Source of the DNA: Schizochytrium sp. TIO01
Lineage: Eukaryota; Protista; Bigyra: Labyrinthulomycetes
Assembly: GCA_004764695.1 (NCBI GenBank)
Contig: SMSO01000014.1
Coordinates: 4,660,845-4,724,844 of the forward strand
Length of the DNA stretch: 64,000 nt
Direction of reading: 5' to 3'
Program-made: the position numbers and the translations under genes
Shown here: in pieces, positions 58,801 through 64,000 of the stretch
How the letters are laid out: every line of letters begins with the position of its first letter
Numbering within the stretch: position 1 is the first letter of the stretch
The notes under the pieces: generated by a model
What the model was told of the DNA's origin: nothing
Seen by the model: only the letters and a program-made list of their open reading frames with translations
The model's database searches: none

Positions 58801-60962
58801 ATGTACCAAGCTGGACCTTTTTGCGCTGGGTACCTCAGATTCTTGCTTTATTGCCTAAACCGGGTGTAGGATCCCTTGTTCTCCCCGTACTGTTGAGGCT
58901 TGCGCATGACTACCCACAGGCACTATTGACAAGCTTTAATGTAAGTAGAGAATGTATTGAAAACCAAATTGCAAATGGGTCTGTGGAAGATGACCCCATA
59001 GAAGTGCAAGAACGTTTGAATCAACTTTCACTAGAATTGGAGAGTCCATTGTTCAAGACGATGTTGACCGCATTTTGTGGGCTTCACCACCCAGAGCTAC
59101 GTTTGCGGGATGTCATCAAGAAAATGAGGGCTCGGGTCGAGCAACAGGGCTCTGTGCAGAAGGTCAACGAAGACCTGGCCCAGATCTGGCACAGGGAAGT
59201 GGTGACCGATCTGCTCGCAACCAGTAAGCCTTGGGTGGGTAACGAGATCGGCCGATATAACCTTCATTTTGCGCAAAAATACAAATCTTTGATTAGGGAA
59301 TACGGGGAAGAAGGCGGCAAGCTTAATGCAAGTGCCGTTCGGCAGCTTCGAAAAAAGTGTCACGAAATCGAAACAGATATAGCGAAGAAAACTACGTCCA
59401 CCATGGAGCTTTCTGATTTCTCGCAGTGGCTGGCAAACTTTGACATGAACAATTTTACTGAAGTAATTGAGATTCCTGGCCAGTATAGTGATTACGGGAG
59501 TTCAGCGGCACCTCGTGCTGGCCATCATGCTGTTATTGCAAGCTTTTCTCAACGCCTGCGGGTCATGAGATCAAAAGAGAAGCCTAAATGTCTAGTCATG
59601 AGAGGCGATGATGAGCGCGAGTACAAGTTCCTTATCAAAGGTGGTGACGATCTGCGTATGGATTCACGAATCCAACAGCTCTTTGAAATCATGAACCAAA
59701 TTTTCCGCTCAGACACTGGCTGTGCGCAACGGGGTCTCTACCTAAAGACGTATCGTGTAATTCCACTTTCAACAAGTATCGGATTACTTGAATGGGTGGA
59801 TAACACTGCAACGATCAAGTCTATCCTCGAGACGCAATATTCAAATCATCCGGATTTTGGCGTCCACGAGAATGGAAAATCTGGATCAGCTGCAGGATCA
59901 GCATCATCATCTATACAGCGAAAGCGGAGACGGCCTTCAGGTGGGGGGGAGAGTGCAGAGTCTACAGGAAGTATTATGCGTGTTTCTAGTGGGTCCTACC
60001 CGCTAGAGAAATGGAGGGCTAGGATACATGGGTTTCCAAAGCTTTTCAACAGTAAGACTCCGCGAAGTGTCACATACTCCCCCAGTGACTACAGTAATGC
60101 ATATAAAGACCACAGCTCTGCGAGAGCGGCAAATTTCACCCAAGTTACCGAGATGATACCAGAAGACCTGATTCGTCGCCATCTTATTCATCTTGCTAAA
60201 AGTGCGGAAGGGTTTATTACTATTCGTCAGAATTTAGCTCGTTCAATTGGTACTTCTTGCGTAGGAACATATCTTCTCGGTGTGGGTGATCGTCATTTAG
60301 AAAATCTTCTCTTTTGTGAAGAGGATGGTTCTCTGGTTCACATTGATTTTGGGTATTCGTTTGGTTTTGGTGTCACCCATTTGCCTGTACCAGAACTCTC
60401 TCCCTTTCGCCTCACGCGGCAATTTCGAGAAGTCCTACAGCCTCTTCGATCTGATACTATTCTTTTTCAAAGTATGGTACAGAGTCTCCAAGCTCTCCGT
60501 GAGCAACGTCAAGTCCTCTTTCATGTTATGGAGGTGTTCTTAAACGAACCCATGATTGACTGGACACAACGGATGCGCAAAGAGGGTGGCCAATTTGCCG
60601 AGCAAGAGGGAAACAATGTGGTTCTGGACGAACAGTCTGGTGCCCGTGACAGCAGGATCGAAAGAGCTCGTCTTAAGCTTGAAGGTGCGCATCCTGTCGC
60701 AGTGATGGCAAGCGAGGTTCAGGAGCGCGCCTCGACTCTAATCCGGAAAGGCGACATTTTACGTGTTCTTGAAGATTCTGTGAAAAATGCATCATCTGCA
60801 ATCGTACAACATCCCCGTATGGATCTTGCTGCTGACGGACCTCGCGCGGAATGGGAGACCCAAATGCTCTCTGAGGCAGACCAAGTAAAACTGTTGATGT
60901 CGATGGCCTCAGATCCCGGGCTTCTCAGCAGGCAATGGGTCGGCTGGTCTCCTTTTGTTTAG
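46884..60962 (+). CDS. PRKDC: DNA-dependent protein kinase catalytic subunit (PIKK family), about 4692 aa, intronless
   Basis: DNA-PKcs-type segments RQVKVAACEFLH, QRLGACLAF, FHYLLRD, IRATQ and LYRTYRAGEIPDVQI. Kinase motifs SKEKPK, LIKGGDDLR, GVGDRHLEN and HIDFG. FATC end WVGWSPFV. The first ATG is at 46884 (the ORF-track start at 46827 is TTG). Confidence 0.96.
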   Translation: MEQDTESVLREKLKELYDAVDRSDTSFDLLVDDLQDVLLSVPETSRVVYDCSNLLFTRNSPPGMLHFLESKIPPGDLVSDDKVVANLRAKLYSLLGRWISRVRTRGVVDFAQDIVQVIFRAFKVETASTPRQTSLAPLQALFALNDVHFDSERLDIKQIVTFLFREAHSGAKVRPTVKKECLVTLGIFIRRFPSIFAQTFEQMERPFGDKLRKTCIAILRKNIGFSDGKDEKLLVAGAFACIHDTLNDFPTDDLDEQNDLFQLVCKGLDIYPNQSRFDIPKYAALLLAKHVNIFADNVMNDPVAIYNKLYLLSRSKHAKVRSPGYRGALSVLKTVGQRLALVAAPENEDGEKKVKARQVMDLFMGNFRNILDHARDAHASTDYAAGLTTRDVELVINGYGYFAKAVLVFKEADTLRRLLQLLKDASDTIDRNEDRSAPSFLSTEAVVSSTGGLLDSNDEDKQEFANLSTEEKYDLLAMQSGADARFLTKRRMEQVVRHARFLRTYARIIDQLPSEKIDEHDQIFIDFLAREVLFLGKAFPILYANDRYTVLRAIKTLTASLQPKGLALRRLLEQVIRPLLVQSCGTIPRSGPVSLFNSDTGAPETRLLFAYVYLWKFLFPQNSTRTSGQQADPDIQEIEGQAMVSRHTASRDNSRATSDIVNSAIGVSSHTGDDDQNVAHIEFGSDANRRRENDGGEEQEEDDDEDDSDENQMIAQPKHQEQILDHFIQVVSKMTQALNLSLRPRTPEEEGAGAEDFEPDDQDEVLGQVVSSAANAEKLVPEKPHQYLTFLNLVELCSRVLPPTYASVDVDKLVKWAPVLAQVILERSAIFPLVSGFYKLMRIVFSIPGENYYENAHRLLDMAFLRAKQYQDELFSACLQCILSAPVEIVRSRYPQFEAAAISALVMGGRSWPDLAAQTIEAVENWFQVGILDSAALKRILPHLGKFLSFKAQTNTGKLRTFETQAERSRRLKGGRGHGSVGEGVGADMDALDLRIVEFLGRIGGMNRFVLPSVEDSLAEGFRWDTQPRVAYNFRFVEQVLHVQLDDLVPRALDLARNAPQRQVKVAACEFLHALVLYMVGRSHETSRGGSEAGSLGAIYRHLFPGLLHLAVDTEGVARQLFKPLVLQLAAWFAHHTETENAETVALLEAAMDNLKSKSGGSLRDMCAQVVGIFFKWSVKTRRHGQGTRSSNVRSLLRRIYFLMRHPDPYQRLGACLAFDNIYKEFRENSDLVDENVLELLDNAMACLRLAHRDEDAIGTTTMAERVVNRLCRIIVRRASILAMPTMDSSSHRRRFVDLQEVIRWLFERISRREHAYRRKARELFHIFVRVVDREHKDAVQLWLQNYKIRQPPAVPKKGDGDYIENKDYLMPYQLSTVNKVPASPEEARNAGSRCGVWLDDLTGRVDATHWLLRQQAIGSFEETLPLLSSLDAAAEHLLADPNNASSYSRATVSSFVQTNTTLIRDLIDAMPQQNDFTCLRNILTLLIRLVLEPVNPQRGFDRDNVRVQQTFLPAMERLLASIAQHKPLLQQLKAMRDHIMQSEHHDTVIPEEGLSDDEVGCRTMLRGHRMLLRAGLNFLEDPQGTCDRLREVVIQLGDDPSPLELRSGAAAFDLAMDLGWKSDGVIRDALEISSFYANFQETILHTLLAKDAWSSASSLVFVMVTEQQNGLCENALELLIAAADEITARVNVLGNQADALVAALDFVDDCIHALHLLLIDEKTTQSHPNIDSFWQKIGTFLGRLLRLNPQPFHHATYDSPLEAKYLETTLTIMKKLLAPDLSVTAKVDACTMLPVLFRGLSTSAPVKWRDYKPELPGTPQYQPSVLETEILELLKTSVISKHFPLGEHAQLTDAERDDFVLLLKALFMALEKSGSVSILQLLCRQLRDGKEHVYASQITEHLANMVSILDVFSGDPGSEPALVMCRECINKIFSDSEHDKLLRNTFMSMILLPLLQRIGPISWIAWLAEDDYALLMRLTGPLLRHMETPRNDNESRETRASALDILQVLYNSLSKTQLDRCFSVKFPNRNITKELCVFSKTELSSLAREAQRDLALAISAADGSSATSNATTSNDSAVLIRALKTQHRTYANSVFQFMCVAVARTQSKANVMERLVFQLGLSGMWEALIPLRHNLAEEPIFTVESKFNSSRLSVENLLNNSEFEGLPVKAFRVSSTFSSTHMTQYSFAPPDNVSGANLNSMMIGDGASPPDDKDSNAALDMDIDIDEDGAIRNEPKSSAEKQKEDVTSNEFTLDDDEYPTESAVSAECAADEDEKLELDSVNRLPCMTGALAVLDVMRKKDLLNWTNSDSIPTLGNDLPMWVGAVLAALTAGVDEAARFSNDTTVDTATQNSGRCALNTRLFGLKLLMNRPTLFAPFARSLLLPALQVLLDLEAPYRADEAENNRRGFHYLLRDFCVLVGRWERATGGCCRFDNYDQDAWNKASDFIHLLMKRAPSQSKTIMMANLQLISMLIGFWKKPANEKEHTSSSGVRIERRTICKQFLAGSGANDRHNASAFRSNTIQRHAGLNLLGIIVAHGYDPLGDVNFSAEHKEKFLLGLAKNLRWKDKRLSLVAAEVCGQVLNSLEDNHLIEHFTGSICKNLKSWMDESRRDLWLAIFATLVTPAEESTRAKFAKVMSRDNLGTLLRVFSTQLGANSQEMALKLLEKFLAQDDVYYVCPPHLLNADMKQQEEYEQECASRESRAISAANEPRMADLTPEDIFSGLKPGLNRALALRSESASSVTCTLRILRALVAGMSRTSQGFSPVQWADDEVARKVVQVARGHVSPIARRQAYRLLTWLYSEFEPLRAQKIIRVALATGLGDPDQDIRNELFSFWDHENRLPNHSPLDRFIHCLQDLKPVVTDSGLSSEGNLQIANKSSWVGHVAGLMLASIRKMNRYNAPAGDEPERMINTSLEENIRFQTLRVDASWQNSQYGRGEGASSSSQPLAPLFSQSTLSASQNPTQGFGLAPVGMIRATQDAADLLFTPTLSSTQFGDLGYMGTQAGLATTMAPSTQVRASGNKRRRIVQGGIAMDKRMTVPVLSQDVFTKSFPVPASRVSTSQVKRDQDDDDMEIDEDNDDDDNATQYDQDRYGKKINALADQGNGQAHRRLPVGAQVVKTTQSQAKDGSQENQNSRGTFGMGGALPSWLERRRFDPKRYGLAASDPSARQIGGDNSWQARENTASIFRNDAYLDRRKRQAKRKKERLLQAGKVRLYRTYRAGEIPDVQIPVKDMVEPMIAVCTMDSRSAQEVLVSILRGICDRILGPEAQFRALISSNPTRTPMMCLQQLLSAMQTLLEEAHALPDVVDCMESLIVVVNEAIDRADTSFLENNLEDSSGKRMPKVLTDAAIIARCVASGILAMESTILRTRRCARRMGQVDRGDAIIQSYWLELLRLYEALGEQDVLRGILSSALKDDRALEALKLQETLELKPAADLYLELIRKEYGESSNTHSADQKKLRYLWQARIDCLMLDRRWNSLLDDLLGEAQTALSGWNSDEGSREALVRRARLVETAPELPMGLWEENRYSTHVLPYLHVALHDEREISRASNFVQHVLRSEQSILEQADHDIAERMLRSEDRRAWIARWAPVDLTLYELQQNSFVAARARVEACLSEFATSWSSIGEFGRSAKRTLLRPLMSLMDLRSYFQARDSMVSIGFEKSQSLCTLDNLIRHWQISKPATTFDNASVWESVKFTRLQALSALGREFVERAQETDRSIVYDEVNKRMHEFGCASMLEDAAALTAQRHFSLAKSDIRAVKQRLDAQRKDGKSNLHLELMAYKTEVEHLLSKTLSRRSTLEQTRKDIKSALRLVNNADILAESWSGPELLLQGRLSAAVQSRATEIHLANHSQSEMISSGSEVQKHAALAYTAYKSLSETSEERLALADFLDSMLRAYAGASLVTPVVFLGEQSTLEDLALVFVGEVLRGAKEGALRAIDLLPRVLSLLTQFGTQVDRMCQIFLEKSRDVPSWTFLRWVPQILALLPKPGVGSLVLPVLLRLAHDYPQALLTSFNVSRECIENQIANGSVEDDPIEVQERLNQLSLELESPLFKTMLTAFCGLHHPELRLRDVIKKMRARVEQQGSVQKVNEDLAQIWHREVVTDLLATSKPWVGNEIGRYNLHFAQKYKSLIREYGEEGGKLNASAVRQLRKKCHEIETDIAKKTTSTMELSDFSQWLANFDMNNFTEVIEIPGQYSDYGSSAAPRAGHHAVIASFSQRLRVMRSKEKPKCLVMRGDDEREYKFLIKGGDDLRMDSRIQQLFEIMNQIFRSDTGCAQRGLYLKTYRVIPLSTSIGLLEWVDNTATIKSILETQYSNHPDFGVHENGKSGSAAGSASSSIQRKRRRPSGGGESAESTGSIMRVSSGSYPLEKWRARIHGFPKLFNSKTPRSVTYSPSDYSNAYKDHSSARAANFTQVTEMIPEDLIRRHLIHLAKSAEGFITIRQNLARSIGTSCVGTYLLGVGDRHLENLLFCEEDGSLVHIDFGYSFGFGVTHLPVPELSPFRLTRQFREVLQPLRSDTILFQSMVQSLQALREQRQVLFHVMEVFLNEPMIDWTQRMRKEGGQFAEQEGNNVVLDEQSGARDSRIERARLKLEGAHPVAVMASEVQERASTLIRKGDILRVLEDSVKNASSAIVQHPRMDLAADGPRAEWETQMLSEADQVKLLMSMASDPGLLSRQWVGWSPFV

Positions 60963-61280
60963 ATATGGGGTGAGAAAAGATAAACATGTGAGTATCACTT
61001 ATCAATCAAGGGAACGCATATACATCACTGTATGGGTTTGAAAAGTCAATTCGCACATTCAAGAGTATTATATTAACATTCGTTTTAAAAGGAAGACAGA
61101 TAACAGATAAGTAACCATAGAACAAATATATTTCCCATGAAATCTAAATTAAGCTTATACGCTCAGTATTCTCAATGTTCGTTTCAGGAGTACCAGCTTT
61201 TCAGGAACTTCCAATCTAAACAGATGAAGTAAATCTGAGTTAGTTATTGCAAAAAACAAAACAGATTCACTTATCTATGC

Positions 61281-61805
61281 TTACAACTTGGCGTCAAGGG
61301 TACCTTGACCACCAACTACAATGCCATCCTCGTCACCAACGAGAACTTCGCCAGGCTTGAAGAGCACACCCGCGAATGAGACTGGAACATCGCGAACTCC
61401 AGATCCCCGCTTTGGCGTTTTACGTGGGATAGTACCCAGAGCTTTGACGCCAATTTTAATCTTCGCAATTTCGGCACTGTCGCGAATGCAGCCATTGACC
61501 ACAATACCTTGCCAGCCATTCTGGGCTGCCTTGAGCGCAATTTGGTCTCCCACAAGCGCTCTCTGCAAAGAGCCTCCGCCATCGATCACAAGGACTTTAC
61601 CACGACCATCTTCAGCCACGGCTTCCTTGACCTTGGAATTATCCTCCAGGCATTGAACAGTGCAAATGCGACCGCAAAAAAACCTAGCACCGCCAAAGTC
61701 TCTCAAAAGGCCGCCTTGAGCATACTGCAGAGCATCTTCGAACTCATCGCAAAGATCCGCAGTGCCAGGCAGCTGCTGCTCTTTCTCTGAAGAGGACGAC
61801 GCCAT
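61281..61805 (-). CDS. RraA-like / 4-hydroxy-4-methyl-2-oxoglutarate aldolase family protein, 174 aa, with C-terminal PTS1
   Basis: Motifs TADLCD, EDN, VLVIDGGGS, ALVGD, GCIRDSAE and GDEDGIVV. Ends in -AKL. Confidence 0.93.
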   Translation of the reverse strand: MASSSSEKEQQLPGTADLCDEFEDALQYAQGGLLRDFGGARFFCGRICTVQCLEDNSKVKEAVAEDGRGKVLVIDGGGSLQRALVGDQIALKAAQNGWQGIVVNGCIRDSAEIAKIKIGVKALGTIPRKTPKRGSGVRDVPVSFAGVLFKPGEVLVGDEDGIVVGGQGTLDAKL

Positions 61806-63033
61806 CTCAGGACCTACTCAGGTCTTTGCTCTCTCGATAAAGTTTATTTCCTTCGCCTGCTCTCGGTCAGATTCGTTGCTAGTCTGCCTGCTATCTTCGC
61901 AAAGTTCGTGTGAATCATCTATCGGCGATCTTCAGAATTCCTCTTATGTAATATGTTCGTCTGCCTTGATGAAATGTAATGCCGAGATAATGTATTTACT
62001 ACAAGTACTAGAAAAATGGACTACATAGTGCTAGTCGTCAAGTGGCAAATCATTGAGGATGCTCTGGATGATTAGGAAAACACCCTGGAAGATTTCCACA
62101 AGTGAGGCTCGAAGTTGATGTCTTTTTGGTGGAGACGGGATTGTTTCTTTCTGCAAGCACCAGGTATAGAGATCTTCTTGGTGAGGGTCGGCGGAGTTCA
62201 AGCTGCACGATCTATTATCATGCTATTACTATATTGTACAGAGGACGCATGTGTAAAGACAACTTTGGTGAGAGCTTAAGAAGCCGGGAAGGGGTTAGAG
62301 AATTTGTCTTTGCACAACCACTCAGGTCTTATCAGACTTAACTCCTACTATTTGAACATTAAAAAACTAGAACGATGTTGGATCGAGTGCCTATATTTTA
62401 TTGTGTTGTCTACCGTACATCTAAGTAGCACAAAAAAATTGTTGGGTACACTAGCTTGCCTAGAAGACAGCTGACTTCTTCTTGGCATATTTTGGGGCCA
62501 TAGGTTGAGGACGAATGAGTTGTCTCACCTTCTGATGACCGGCTCTACATCAGCATATTTACAAGCCTATGAATTGATGACCATTTCGCATCATGTCAAC
62601 AACTTATGCGTAAAGTAAATGTATTGCAGACCCAATCTCAAGTCCAGATCGCTTCGAGGTTCCTCGCAGGAGATCGAGCACCGTTTGTGTACGCTCTCCG
62701 CTCATGAAATATGGTTCTGTTGCTCGAAAAGATACTTTTGAGTGATGTCTCGTAAAAATACACATAAGTATATGCCTAGTACTTGGTTCCTATGTGTTTA
62801 TAGGCAGCGCACACACAATTCACTGTTCTTGTTCCCGTTCTTTTGGCAAGGCGGGGTAATGCAATGCAAAAAACCAACTTTTCTCAAGTATTTTGAGGCA
62901 AAGCTGTTCTTCCTTGCTGCACAAGTCCGAGCCTGCGCGGACTCTTTTGCAGGGCGTGTCGAAGTGATCAGCGAGGACGCTGCTGAGCGATTTATCAGGT
63001 TTTGAACGGCCTCACAAACCTTACAGACCGATC

Positions 63034-64000
63034 ATGGAGGGGCAAGCGTGGCATTTGGTGAATGACGGCACGGCTTGGAGCTCTGTCTACCTTGTGTGTG
63101 GCGACGGGGTTCTCAGTTTATTTGAGGAAGACGATGGCGAACCAAGCATCCCAATGCGTTTTGGAGGAATGTCATCCAACGAACTTGTGCTCACTGAAGA
63201 TCAAGAAGGACCTGCAGCAGATGCGCACCTCGGACCCAATGAGGCTGGTGCACCGTCGAATTTTGGCTTCTCGGTCGTCAAAGGGAGTATACACCTGAAA
63301 TTCTGTGCCTCGTCTAAGCAGGATCTAATCAAGTGGAGAAAGTGCATAAAGAACGAATCAGGTGCAAGCTCTGCGCCGCCTCCAGCACCTGCGGATGACT
63401 CTCAGGCACAACAGCTCCAAGGAGAAATTCCACTTCCAGCACCTATGCCTATGCCGTCATCCTCGATGGAGACATCAACAGGTCAGATCAGGAAAGATCA
63501 ATCAGGGCCAGGTAGTGTGAATGCTCCTAACTCACCGATGTCTGGAGGAAGTTCTGAAAATGGCTCAGAAGCTCATGAAGAAGATAATCTTGGCGACGAT
63601 GAGGACAATGGGAATGAGGATGAAGATAACCATGACACTGAGGAGGAGAGCGTTGTAGAGATGACTTACCACGGGGATGAAAACCAACATAAAAGCGATA
63701 GCGAAATCGAAGACGCTGAGGAGAGTTCCCAGCAGCATTATTTTAGTGACCAGGAGATGCGTCGTCGCGAACAAGAGCATCATGGCGAAGACTTTCGAGC
63801 CATGGACGAAGAAAAAAGTGTAGACCCAACTATTTGTGCAGCCCCCGGTGAGGTTGAAAGTGTGCATGGGTCTGTATATAATGAAGGTCACTCACAACTT
63901 GACGAGTTCGATCGAGAGCAGACAAAACTTCCGACTCCTCCTCCACGCTACACCGCAGCTCCACCACCACGGGTAGAAGCGCCATATGTTGGTGCACAGG
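63034..64000 (+). CDS. N-terminal PH-domain protein with Pro-rich and acidic disordered linker; 3' end beyond the window
   Basis: The frame is open from ATG 63034 to the window end by my translation: MEGQAWHLVNDGTAWSSVYLVCGDGVLSLFEE...NFGFSVVKGSIHLKFCASSKQDLIKWRKCIKNE. This fits the PH beta-strand pattern and the terminal helix Trp. Confidence 0.8.
   Translation, partial: MEGQAWHLVNDGTAWSSVYLVCGDGVLSLFEEDDGEPSIPMRFGGMSSNELVLTEDQEGPAADAHLGPNEAGAPSNFGFSVVKGSIHLKFCASSKQDLIKWRKCIKNESGASSAPPPAPADDSQAQQLQGEIPLPAPMPMPSSSMETSTGQIRKDQSGPGSVNAPNSPMSGGSSENGSEAHEEDNLGDDEDNGNEDEDNHDTEEESVVEMTYHGDENQHKSDSEIEDAEESSQQHYFSDQEMRRREQEHHGEDFRAMDEEKSVDPTICAAPGEVESVHGSVYNEGHSQLDEFDREQTKLPTPPPRYTAAPPPRVEAPYVGAQ

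Noticed and set aside
1-64000. tRNA, rRNA, snRNA, CRISPR, intact transposon or viral hallmark genes
   Set aside because: No T-arm with a closing stem, no snRNA or rRNA consensus, no repeat-spacer array and no RT, integrase or capsid motifs seen by eye. Divergent examples could have been missed.

Overview
This is eukaryotic nuclear DNA, most likely from a thraustochytrid or related stramenopile protist. That assignment is inferred from intron-poor genes, GT-AG introns near gene 5' ends and intergenic DNA rich in tetranucleotide microsatellites. Nine protein-coding genes are supported: two tandem ACC-synthase-like PLP enzymes, a spliced bHLH transcription factor (first exon missed by the ORF track), acetyl-CoA synthetase, an extended SDR, TFIIE-beta, a 14-kb intronless DNA-PKcs, an RraA/HMG-aldolase-family protein ending in a PTS1, and a PH-domain protein running off the right edge (absent from the ORF track). 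The most unusual feature is the ~21.8-kb gene-free interval (20430-42191) between acetyl-CoA synthetase and the SDR. It consists of GC-rich islands dense in hairpins, including a perfect 36-bp palindrome, a 132-nt rod and several mutually exclusive stems, separated by AT-rich spacers and microsatellites. It is a candidate structured non-coding RNA or regulatory array. A second candidate system is the bHLH locus, which combines a G-box-type basic region, six upstream CACGTG sites and an intron bridged by nested complementary repeats. All structure calls were made by eye, with no folding software or database search.
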